From Acidobacteriota bacterium (GTDB taxonomy: Bacteria; Acidobacteriota; Thermoanaerobaculia; Multivoradales; UBA5704), in contig JBDTZG010000018.1 of assembly GCA_040005235.1 (NCBI GenBank), forward strand, positions 32,777 to 96,776: a stretch of DNA of 64,000 nucleotides, given 5' to 3'. The notes under the pieces were generated by a model that was given only the letters and a program-made list of their open reading frames with translations, was not told the origin of the DNA and did not search any database. Position 1 is the first letter of the stretch. Each line of letters opens with the position of its first letter. Made by a program: the position numbers and the translations under genes. Shown one piece after another: positions 17,344-26,265 of the stretch.

Positions 17344-20300
17344 GTGGAGGTTGCGAGAATGTCGGTTCGGATTGGACCGATGGCTGAATCCGTGCGCCGA
17401 TGGGGAGGGTGGCCAGTTGTTCTCGGCCTCGCTCTTGGTGCGGGGGTGGCTTCTCGCCAGCAACTCAGCGTTGCCGAGTTCAAGGGTTCTACAAAGGACC
17501 ACGAATCTCTGATCGAAGCGTTCGCGGGGTACAGCCCGTTTGAAGTTCGGCTTTCGGGTTTCTCCGCTTACACTTCCTGCGTCAACCTTGAAAGTGCCCC
17601 GACCTCTCGCTGTAGGGCTATCCGGTTTGATGCCCAGCAAAGAAAGAACCAGCGCCACGCAGTTTTCGAAATCGATCGCTCTGGTTCTCAGGGAAGATCT
17701 TCTGACCTTCACGCGTTGGGGATCGCCAATCTAATCAGAGATCCAAAGTATCTCTTGACCGCAGTAAGCGCTCTTGAGAAAGCACGGGAGACCGCAAAAA
17801 CTCACCAGGTTGAGATTCTTAATGACCTTGGTGCCGCTTACTACGTTCAGGCTCTCGAGACCAAGAGCCCGGCTTCGTTCGTCAGGGCACTTGAAGTCCT
17901 AGAGAGAGCTCACCGGCTTTCGCCCCGCGATTCAGTTGTTCTCTTTAATCGGGGCCTCGCCGAGTGGCGCCTAGATCTCGATTCTGCGGCGATTGCCAGC
18001 TTCTCAGCTGCCGAATCGGCTGAGCAGGGAACAGGTTGGGCTGTCGAATCAGCGTCCCGAATCGTGTCCATCCTGCGCCTAGAAGAACATATAAAGAGAA
18101 ACTCCCTACCAATTTTGTCGAGCGAACGGCTTCTCGCCGCTTCGCCTCGGCAGATCGAGTCATGGGCCAAAGAAAGACCCCAGGATGTTCGCCTCGTCAT
18201 CGAAGGGCAACTTCTGGGGGACTGGGTATCGGAAGGGAACGATCCGATCCGAGCGAACTTGCTCCTGCAAGCCGGCCTTCGAGCCGCGAAAGAGTTGCAA
18301 CGCATTCATGGAGACGAATTGCCCGCCGCGACCCTATCCGTCATCGAACGCGCCACGATAGATAGGGCACCACGGATTCAAGAACTTCGTGCCGGGCATC
18401 TGGCATTTGCAAAGGGAATTGAGCTCCTTGAAGTAGATGAACCGGCCCGTGCAATCGCCGCCTTCTCGATAGCAGAAAGCACTCTGCGGTCCGAAGGCAG
18501 CCCGTTCTCGTACTGGGCGGACTTCCATCAAGGCGTGTGCGAGTACTATATGGGCAAGACCGAGGAGGTGCTACTCCGGTACGCGGCTCTTGAAAAGGAG
18601 ATTGCGGCTCGCCCATACCCGAATCTCAAGGCTCGCATCGACTGGATGCTGGGTCTGACTCTGATGGTCCAGGGGCAATTCCATTCGTCGGAAGCGGCGT
18701 ACGAGCGAGCAATCGACCGATTCAAAGAGACTGGCGAAGATGGCAACGCCGCGTATCTCGCTGCTCTAACCGGAAAAGATTTACGTCTGATGGGAGCCGC
18801 TGACTCCTCTTGGGTGGCACTTGCGCACGCTCTTCACAACCGTGATCTCGTGCAGCCAAAGGAGCGGGTCATTACTATCCTTAGGCACGCCGCAGAGAGC
18901 AGCGAAGCACTTGGGGCCAACCTTGCAGCCACGCACTTCTTTGATGAGCAGGTGGCTGTTGCGGGTCAGCTCGGGAAGGCATTCGATCTTTGCGACGCCT
19001 TGGTCCGACGTGCTCGAGCTGCTACAGCGAGCGCCGTTCCGAACCAGGTAGTCAGGGACCTTCAAACTGCTTTCAGTCTCTTGCCATCGATACCTGCGGC
19101 CCTCCAAGCGCGTGCAAGAGCCGATATCTCCGCGGTTCGGGGGGAGTCGCTGGTCAAAACCGATCCACGTCAAGCGATGCCGGCTTTGGATTCCGCTCTC
19201 CAGTATTACGAGGTTCAGGGGAACTGGGTCGAGACCCTGCGAGTCGACCGCCTGCTTGCTGTCGGCGCTCTCGCCGGGAAGGATTTCGATGGTGCTGAGC
19301 GATTCCTGGAAGATGGAATCCGCTTGAGTGAGGATCAGCGAAACTCAATCTCTCGATCGGACCAGCGGGCTGCCTACTTCGCGCAAGCTCAGTCGCTTTT
19401 CGAAGCGATGATTGACTTGAAGCTTCGCCAACGACTGGATCCTGACGGAGCCTTCAGCTTTGCCGAGAGAGGTCGAAACCGTAGTCTTGCAGACTTAATC
19501 CTGACCTCCACCAAGGCGGAATCACCTGCTCGCCGACTTGCGAGTGGCCGCTTCAAGCGTCTTGACGTAATTAGTGCTCTGCCGGCCAGGACGTCGTTGA
19601 TTGAGTACGCCGTGCTCACTGATCGGCTCGTAATCTGGCGCCTTCGTCGAGAGAAGTCATCCGTTGTCGAGGTTTCAGTCTCTCATGATCGATTGGCAGG
19701 CAGATTGGCTGGCTTTCGTTCACTATTGCTACGTGGAACGTCCCAAAAAGAAATAAAGGCTGAGGCGGTGGAATTAACGGCCTGGCTACTTCCGCCGGAG
19801 CTCGGTCCATTTCATGAAAGCGAAGCGATTGTTTTTATACCTACAGGCCCGCTCCACGAGTTTCCCTTTTCCGCCTTGCTTTCACCAACAAGTAGACGGT
19901 TTTTGATCGAAGACTATCCACTACAAGTCTCTCCAAGTTCGGCGATTTTCGTTGCTGCGACGGAGAGCCTAGAGAAGCAGCCGAAAACGCCTCCGCGTGT
20001 TCTCCTCGTGGTTGATGACCCAGCCTTTGACCCTTCCCGGCATCCCACTTTGAGACGTCTACCCAATGCCGCTCTAGAGGCGCAGGAGGTCGCAGCATTA
20101 TATTCAAACGCTTCGCGTCTCAATGGGTCCGAAGCTACCATTGAAGCGTTGACTTCGCGCCTTCCTATGGTCGAAGTATTTAGTTTCGCCGGACATAGTG
20201 CCGCGCCCGGAGTAGGTGTCGCAGCGGATGCTGGCCTCCTTCTCGCTCCATCTCCACGCCAAGAGAGAGGAAATGACACACTGACACCGAGTTTCATCTC

Positions 20301-20628
20301 AACTCTCCACTTACCAAACCTCCGATTGGTCATCCTATCTTCGTGCGAGTCTGCATTGGGATCCTATCCGGCGAGCGAAGAGTCGGCGAGCCTTGCTTCT
20401 GCCTTCCTCGCCGCTGGAGCGCCGGCCGTAGTAGCTAGTTTATGGAATGTCGGAGACATACCTTCCCGTGCTTTCTCCGTAAAATTCCATCGCAGTCTGC
20501 GTGATGGACTAAGCCCAGTGCGCGCACTTCAGTTAACTGCAGGCGCTTTGATTCACAACAGGAATCCAAAATTGGCGAGCCCAAGCTCCTGGGCCGCCTT
20601 CGAACTCTGGGGCGGCTTAGCTCCGTGA
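17344..20628 (+). CDS. TPR-repeat, CHAT-domain (caspase-like) protein; start uncertain (17344/17359/17380)
   Basis: N-terminal hydrophobic segment; TPRs (ILNDLGAAY, VLFNRGLA); AF.FAERGR.RSL; PTGPLHEFPFSAL; catalytic H (FAGHS) and C (LSSCES); AGAPAVVASLWNVGD; PSSWAAF. Confidence 0.92.
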   Translation: MEVARMSVRIGPMAESVRRWGGWPVVLGLALGAGVASRQQLSVAEFKGSTKDHESLIEAFAGYSPFEVRLSGFSAYTSCVNLESAPTSRCRAIRFDAQQRKNQRHAVFEIDRSGSQGRSSDLHALGIANLIRDPKYLLTAVSALEKARETAKTHQVEILNDLGAAYYVQALETKSPASFVRALEVLERAHRLSPRDSVVLFNRGLAEWRLDLDSAAIASFSAAESAEQGTGWAVESASRIVSILRLEEHIKRNSLPILSSERLLAASPRQIESWAKERPQDVRLVIEGQLLGDWVSEGNDPIRANLLLQAGLRAAKELQRIHGDELPAATLSVIERATIDRAPRIQELRAGHLAFAKGIELLEVDEPARAIAAFSIAESTLRSEGSPFSYWADFHQGVCEYYMGKTEEVLLRYAALEKEIAARPYPNLKARIDWMLGLTLMVQGQFHSSEAAYERAIDRFKETGEDGNAAYLAALTGKDLRLMGAADSSWVALAHALHNRDLVQPKERVITILRHAAESSEALGANLAATHFFDEQVAVAGQLGKAFDLCDALVRRARAATASAVPNQVVRDLQTAFSLLPSIPAALQARARADISAVRGESLVKTDPRQAMPALDSALQYYEVQGNWVETLRVDRLLAVGALAGKDFDGAERFLEDGIRLSEDQRNSISRSDQRAAYFAQAQSLFEAMIDLKLRQRLDPDGAFSFAERGRNRSLADLILTSTKAESPARRLASGRFKRLDVISALPARTSLIEYAVLTDRLVIWRLRREKSSVVEVSVSHDRLAGRLAGFRSLLLRGTSQKEIKAEAVELTAWLLPPELGPFHESEAIVFIPTGPLHEFPFSALLSPTSRRFLIEDYPLQVSPSSAIFVAATESLEKQPKTPPRVLLVVDDPAFDPSRHPTLRRLPNAALEAQEVAALYSNASRLNGSEATIEALTSRLPMVEVFSFAGHSAAPGVGVAADAGLLLAPSPRQERGNDTLTPSFISTLHLPNLRLVILSSCESALGSYPASEESASLASAFLAAGAPAVVASLWNVGDIPSRAFSVKFHRSLRDGLSPVRALQLTAGALIHNRNPKLASPSSWAAFELWGGLAP

Positions 20629-20641
20629 GACTGAGGACACG

Positions 20642-21610
20642 ATGGCTACCTCATTTACTCTAGTTATTGCCTTCACAGGCCTAGTAGCGTTTGTGCCGGT
20701 GCCAGACAGCAATGCCCCCAAATCAGTGTGGGCACTCCTTGTAAACGCAGAGGATGGAAGTGGAAGTTGCAGCCCCAAAAAATCACATTTGCATCCTCAT
20801 TTTGCACAGATGCGAATCCCGAGTAAGAATCTTTGCACTAAGGCCTCCTGTCCCCCTGGATTACCTGAGGTCGTTTCATATGATCTCGAATCCACGGATA
20901 TTAAGCTAGAATCAACCGGTACGCCACCGGTGACAGTCTGCTGTACCAAGGGCTCCGAGAAGAAGGTATTCGAGATTTCGGCCGGAAATCTGACGCAGGA
21001 AGCGTCAGTGCCAGCATCGCCTTGTGAAGCCACTGACTTCTCGTGGGTTGCAGACATCAATAAGTTTTCGACCGATTTTGCGAAGGTCTGTGAGTATTGT
21101 CTCGACGAAGCATGGTCACTAATAAAAGTTCCTGCGGATCGTATCTCTGCAAGGATAAAGCTTACCTCCGGTCTGCTCCAAACAACGAGGTTAACTCGAA
21201 AGCGGTCCACTCTTGACTACGCCATATTTAAGGCAGGGTCGGGGGCGCGCGTCTACGAGAAAACATTGGCTGAAGAACTCGAGCTTACGGTGGTTCTTGA
21301 GGATAAGGCGGTCTTCCATCTTTGCGATTTTTTGCTTAATCCGGAATGTGATCATCAGAAAACAATCACTCTTTATCCAGAGAAGGCGGGAGAAGTTATC
21401 AGGGTGGTCTTGTCAAATGATGTGCCAAGGGGAAGCCCGGCTGATCGTTTGAACAAACATTTCTGGTTCTTTTACAAGTTGGCAGATGCCGTCCCGACTC
21501 CTTTCGACAGTGCCTCCGAGTGTCCGAAATCTGCATTGATTCCGACCCCGGAGAATGGCGATTTTGGCGATCCTCGCTGTCCGATGAGTCAGATGCTTCC
21601 ATATAAATGA
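20642..21610 (+). CDS. Hypothetical Cys-rich protein, CHAT-associated
   Basis: GAGGA RBS 13 bp after the CHAT stop; 322-aa open frame in low-GC DNA; 12 Cys. Confidence 0.8.
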   Translation: MATSFTLVIAFTGLVAFVPVPDSNAPKSVWALLVNAEDGSGSCSPKKSHLHPHFAQMRIPSKNLCTKASCPPGLPEVVSYDLESTDIKLESTGTPPVTVCCTKGSEKKVFEISAGNLTQEASVPASPCEATDFSWVADINKFSTDFAKVCEYCLDEAWSLIKVPADRISARIKLTSGLLQTTRLTRKRSTLDYAIFKAGSGARVYEKTLAEELELTVVLEDKAVFHLCDFLLNPECDHQKTITLYPEKAGEVIRVVLSNDVPRGSPADRLNKHFWFFYKLADAVPTPFDSASECPKSALIPTPENGDFGDPRCPMSQMLPYK

Positions 21611-21619
21611 GGAATCAGC

Positions 21620-23449
21620 ATGCGACGCAACTCGCGGAAAACCGGTGATACTAAGAGTGGGGCGAGCGAGCTAAATCTACCGATTGCGATCGCGGTTTGT
21701 TGCCTAATGTGGTCAGGCACTACGACCTTGGCGCAATCGGCAAAGCAGTGTCTGCCGGTTGTGCGGCCACCCAACCAGTTCAGCACCTCTGTGAAATCGG
21801 TAGCGGTTGCGGCAGGAGATGATGGCTGGTCGTGTTGGCTCACTCAAAGTTTTTTGACAGGAAAAGATCAAAATGGAACTTCCTGGCCAAACTTTGCGCC
21901 AACCGCATGGCAGAGGATACAGTCACAGGCTCCCTATTGGCCGGAATATCACTATGACAAAACAAAAGGGGGTGCTGACTATATTTTCCCTTATGGCTTT
22001 GATTCCGGCACGAGGCTACTTTTTTATGCTGGTCACGGAACGGCGACAGACTGGAGCTCTCACGACAAAACGATTAGGTTGCTGGACGTAAGAGTGGGAG
22101 ACGAAAAACTTAGATACCTGTGGCAATGTTCATGTGACGTCATGGCACATGGCATTCCGATCGATCTGGGTGCCGGAGAAGATTACTACCGGCCGCTCTC
22201 ATTCTTTTATTCGGGAGGCGGCGCCGATGATCGACGAAAGAGAAATGTCTATGCTCGATGGGAATCCGCGGCGGACCCAGGGTTGCGGTTAGCTTGTGGA
22301 GGGTCCAGTGCAATATGTGGTAATGCAGGCGCTACTACCAATCGGATATGGGATAATTTTTTGAACAGGAACTTTGACGTCACGGATTCATTCCTTGAGG
22401 GCGTTTTTAATTCGCCGTCCGGTGTTCCCCTTTGTCTTTCGCAAGGAGGAGATAAGATTAATAAGACAGCCATTTACGACCGAGATTTCAGCGGAGACAA
22501 GAACGAGGCCGCGTCATTTATGGGCCAGCGGTACTTATATTTGGCTTACCCTGTGCCATTTAGAAGGCATGGGCCCCTGCCAGTGGTAGGTAGCCACGCT
22601 ACACCCAAGCTGGGTCTTTACCCAGTTCTGGCGGTGAATAAGGAGCAGCCGGAGTCAAATAGTAACTGTAAAGACGTTAAGCCTGATGTGCAGTTTTCAT
22701 GTGAGGGTCAAGAATTAGGCGCGTGCTTCATAGACTCGAAGAGCGGTGCCGAGTATTATTGTGGTAAATCGGAATTTGGAGAGGCGCTTCCTTACTCTGA
22801 GAATCGCAAGAAAGAGCATGAATATATTGAGGCGGCGAAGAATTTTGTTTTAGCTCGGGGATGGGTTGTGCAGTTGGCGGACATTGCGGGATTTAGTGTG
22901 GTCATCGAGCGCGCAAAGATTGGCATGAAGGGTAATGGATTAGAACGATATCGGAAGAATGCCGTGGTCAGATTTAAGCAGAAATTCCGAGTGCCTTTTA
23001 GGGAAGGACAAGTTGAGGTGCCGGTGATTGGGTCTGGAGGGGAAATAGTTGTCCAGCTCAATAACGATGGGAAAGTGCGTAGCGCTACCAGGGTGTGGCG
23101 GGCAGTAAGGGATCTTCAAGAGACAAAAACCTTGGAACTCCTGGGTCCTGCGCAGGCCTTAGACGGTCTGTTGTCGAAACTCAAGGCGCGGCTGAGTGAC
23201 ATTCTTGGATTATACGATTTTCGAGAAGACAAGATATCGTTTGTTTGGGGCTACAAGGAAGAATCTGGAAATTGCCGACAGAAGGAGATGCGGATTGTAT
23301 ATCAGTTTACAGTAAAGCCATTCCCTGGGCTCGGTGAAAAAGGTGTCCATCCGATTGTCCTTGAGGCGCTCGGTCAAACGGGTGAAACGAAAGAGGGCGG
23401 CGATCGTTCGCAACTCGACACAAATTTTTGCGACGAGGGATTGGACTAG
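21620..23449 (+). CDS. Secreted DUF6345-like protein (putative His/Cys clan CD peptidase fold) with a C-terminal FTP/PepSY-like region
   Basis: Signal peptide; LLFYAGHG and VGDEKLRYLWQCSC motifs; GLR..CG; C-terminal VVRFKQ...VPVIG.GG.IVVQLNNDGKV. Confidence 0.65.
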   Translation: MRRNSRKTGDTKSGASELNLPIAIAVCCLMWSGTTTLAQSAKQCLPVVRPPNQFSTSVKSVAVAAGDDGWSCWLTQSFLTGKDQNGTSWPNFAPTAWQRIQSQAPYWPEYHYDKTKGGADYIFPYGFDSGTRLLFYAGHGTATDWSSHDKTIRLLDVRVGDEKLRYLWQCSCDVMAHGIPIDLGAGEDYYRPLSFFYSGGGADDRRKRNVYARWESAADPGLRLACGGSSAICGNAGATTNRIWDNFLNRNFDVTDSFLEGVFNSPSGVPLCLSQGGDKINKTAIYDRDFSGDKNEAASFMGQRYLYLAYPVPFRRHGPLPVVGSHATPKLGLYPVLAVNKEQPESNSNCKDVKPDVQFSCEGQELGACFIDSKSGAEYYCGKSEFGEALPYSENRKKEHEYIEAAKNFVLARGWVVQLADIAGFSVVIERAKIGMKGNGLERYRKNAVVRFKQKFRVPFREGQVEVPVIGSGGEIVVQLNNDGKVRSATRVWRAVRDLQETKTLELLGPAQALDGLLSKLKARLSDILGLYDFREDKISFVWGYKEESGNCRQKEMRIVYQFTVKPFPGLGEKGVHPIVLEALGQTGETKEGGDRSQLDTNFCDEGLD

Positions 23450-23698
23450 TTCCATTTGCCGCGGGAGGCATAGTCCGAGCGCATATACTTCCTGATCGGT
23501 TCCGCGAGGGTGCTGAGTAGCCAGTTTGTGAGCGCTCGGCGCGGCGGCTGGTCGCCGGGGCTCTTTGATCAGGCGCTTGCCGGGCATCCTCCTTGGCGAA
23601 AGCCGCAGGGCGTCCCTATGCCCCCCTCCCCCGGGCACGTACTTCTTCGTATAGTCTCGACCACAGACCGGAGAGGGCACAGAGAGGGACTCCTGGGG

Positions 23699-24397
23699 AT
23701 GCGCATTCTGGTCGTCGAAGACGAACCCGCGCTTTCCTCGGCGCTTGCCGAGTTGTTGCGGCGTGAGTTCTATGCCGTGGACGTGGCGGAGGATGGGGCT
23801 ACGGCGGAGGAGCTGGCCTCGATCAATGCCTATGACTTGATCGTCTTGGATTGGACGATTCCGGCTCCGAACGGGATCGAGCTCTTGCGCCGTTGGCGGG
23901 GGAAGGGGGATCAGACCCCTGTTTTGATGCTTACGGCGCGGAGCGGGGTGGACGACCGGGTGGATGGTTTGGACACCGGGGCGGACGATTTTCTGGCGAA
24001 GCCGTTCTCGCTTGCGGAGTTTTTGGCCCGGGTGAGAAGCCTATTGCGGCGGCGGACGCGGACGCTTCAGAGCGAGCTCTCCGCGGCGGATCTGGCGATG
24101 GACCGGGCGGCACGGCGGGTGACGGTCGGTGGTCGGCCGCTCGAATTGTCGCCCAAGGAGTTTGCTCTCCTCGAATTTTTGCTCACCCGGCGGGATCAGG
24201 TGGTCTCCCGCACCGAGATCTCCGAGCACGTTTGGGACGATTCGTTCGATTCGTTCGCCAACGTGGTCGACGTCACGATCCATCGCCTGCGGAAGAAGAT
24301 CGACGGCGATCGGCCGGATCGCCTGCTGCAGACGGTCAAGGGGGTCGGCTACGTGCTGCGTGGCGAGCGCAGGATCCCTCCCGAGCCAGAGGGCTGA
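23699..24397 (+). CDS. OmpR/PhoB-family response regulator
   Basis: MRILVVEDE, LIVLDW, LMLTAR, GADDFLAKPF; winged helix with LSPKEF and TVKGVGY. Confidence 0.93.
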   Translation: MRILVVEDEPALSSALAELLRREFYAVDVAEDGATAEELASINAYDLIVLDWTIPAPNGIELLRRWRGKGDQTPVLMLTARSGVDDRVDGLDTGADDFLAKPFSLAEFLARVRSLLRRRTRTLQSELSAADLAMDRAARRVTVGGRPLELSPKEFALLEFLLTRRDQVVSRTEISEHVWDDSFDSFANVVDVTIHRLRKKIDGDRPDRLLQTVKGVGYVLRGERRIPPEPEG

Positions 24398-26265
24398 TGC
24401 CTTTTTCGGAACTTCCGGCGCTTGTGGCACCGCCTCCTCCTGCCGGACCGAGGCGAGGTTTGCGTCTGCCGATCTTGATTCTGGTGCTCGGCGGCGCGGC
24501 GTCGTTTCTTTGGGGTACGACCTACAAGGTGTCCGAGCAGCAGCGGCTGCGGGATCGGGCGCTGATCCGCGCCACCCGGGAAATCAGCCTGGCGATGGCC
24601 ACGTCCCACCTCTGGCTCGAAGAGGTGCTGACCGGAGACCACATCGATCGACGGCAGATCTGGGGGCGGCTCGACCATGCGCACGATCTCGCGGTCCGCC
24701 TGCTCGACGGCGGCCGGATGCCTCAGGAGGGGATTGCGCTGCCTCCGATCGAGGATCGGGCGCAGCGTCGGCGGGTCGAAAACCTGCTCGCCGACATCGA
24801 CCGGCTCCGCAACCTGGCGCGCGAGCGGCTGCACGGTTTGGACACCGGTGTCGCGACCGGAGTGGGAACGGAAATCGATGCCCTGTATGACCTTCTGTTC
24901 GAGCATGCGATTAAAGAGGCGGCGGTGCTCGAACAGGAGCTTGAGGGGCGGATCCTGCGCGACGACGAGCGGACCCGCCGGACCTTTCTCGGTTTCCTCC
25001 TGCTCTGGCTGATGATCGTAATCGTTTCCGCGGCCGGTCTCTGGCGGCGGGAGGTGCGGCGGCTGGCGGCCGAGGAATCGCTGCGCAAGAGCGAGGCCCA
25101 GTTGCTCCAGGCGCAGAAGATGGAGGCGGTCGGTCGGCTCGCGGGCGGCCTCGCCCACGACGTCAACAACTTCGTCACCGCGATCACCAGCCAGTGCGAG
25201 CTGGTGCAGCTCGATGCGGAACCGGGCAGCCCGCTGGCCGTCCGGATGGACCTGGTGATTGTGACCGCACAGAAAATCTCTGGCCTCATCCGGCGGCTTC
25301 TGGCCTTCAGCCGGCGCCAGGCGATCCAGCCGCAGGTGGTGCGATTGAACACGGTCGTCGCCGGATTGGAGGCGATGATGCGCGGCTTGATCGGCGAGGA
25401 CATCCAGCTCGAAACCGTGCTCGGCGCCGAAGTCTGGCCGGTGAAGATCGATCTTTCCCAAGTCGAGCAGGTCATCGTCAATTTGGTCGTCAACGCCCGC
25501 GAAGCGATCCCGCGCGGCGGCCGGATCATGATCGAAGCGGTGAATTTTTCGATCGATCGCGGCCTGTTCGCGGGGCCGTCGGTGGTGGCGTCGGGCGACT
25601 ACGTGCTGCTCGCGGTGTCCGACACCGGCATCGGGATTCCGCCGGAGCTGAAGGATCAGATTTTCGAGCCGTTCTTCACCACCAAGACCGGCACCGGCAA
25701 CGGGCTTGGCCTGGCCACGGTATACGGCGTCGTCAAACAGTCGGGGGGCCACGTCTCGGTCTACAGCGAAGTCGGCCGCGGCACGACATTCAAGATCTAT
25801 CTGCCGCGGACGATGGAGGCCGAGCCGCAGCCCGCAGCCCTGGACGCGCCGAGCCTCGACCGGCGCAAGTCGGGCGGCAGCGAACGGATCCTGCTGGTGG
25901 AGGACAACGGCGCGCTCCGCGAGGCGACCGGCGGCATTCTTGCGGCCTACGGCTATCGGGTCACCGCGGTCGAGAGCGGGGAGGCGGCGCTCGATGCGAT
26001 CGACCGCGGGGTCGAGCTCGACCTGGTGGTCTCCGATGTCGTGATGCCCGGGCTCTCGGGCAAAGACGTGCTCGATCGCATTCGCGAGCGACGGCCGGAT
26101 CTGCCGGTGCTGTTCATGTCCGGCTATACCGACAACGTGATTTTCCGCCATGGCCTGCTCACGGGCGAGCTGGATTTCCTGGAAAAGCCATTCGCCGCCG
26201 CGCGCCTGACCGCCAAAGTGCGCGAGATCCTCGACCGGCCGCCGAAGGCCAATGGCCTGGCTTAA
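24397..26265 (+). CDS. Membrane-bound hybrid sensor histidine kinase with C-terminal receiver
   Basis: Two TM segments; QAQKMEAVGRLAGGLAHDVNN H-box; N, G1, F and G2 boxes; receiver DVVMPG...KPF. Confidence 0.92.
   Translation: MPFSELPALVAPPPPAGPRRGLRLPILILVLGGAASFLWGTTYKVSEQQRLRDRALIRATREISLAMATSHLWLEEVLTGDHIDRRQIWGRLDHAHDLAVRLLDGGRMPQEGIALPPIEDRAQRRRVENLLADIDRLRNLARERLHGLDTGVATGVGTEIDALYDLLFEHAIKEAAVLEQELEGRILRDDERTRRTFLGFLLLWLMIVIVSAAGLWRREVRRLAAEESLRKSEAQLLQAQKMEAVGRLAGGLAHDVNNFVTAITSQCELVQLDAEPGSPLAVRMDLVIVTAQKISGLIRRLLAFSRRQAIQPQVVRLNTVVAGLEAMMRGLIGEDIQLETVLGAEVWPVKIDLSQVEQVIVNLVVNAREAIPRGGRIMIEAVNFSIDRGLFAGPSVVASGDYVLLAVSDTGIGIPPELKDQIFEPFFTTKTGTGNGLGLATVYGVVKQSGGHVSVYSEVGRGTTFKIYLPRTMEAEPQPAALDAPSLDRRKSGGSERILLVEDNGALREATGGILAAYGYRVTAVESGEAALDAIDRGVELDLVVSDVVMPGLSGKDVLDRIRERRPDLPVLFMSGYTDNVIFRHGLLTGELDFLEKPFAAARLTAKVREILDRPPKANGLA

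Larger units (their letters stand above)
17170..23500. mobile_element. Low-GC horizontally acquired island (approximate boundaries; no integrase or transposase seen)
   Basis: Clear drop in GC and loss of the G/C third-position bias compared with the flanks. Confidence 0.5.

Noticed and set aside
20642-21610. Bacterial gasdermin as the CHAT substrate
   Set aside because: No N-terminal palmitoylation Cys and no recognisable gasdermin pattern; a structure search is needed to exclude it fully.
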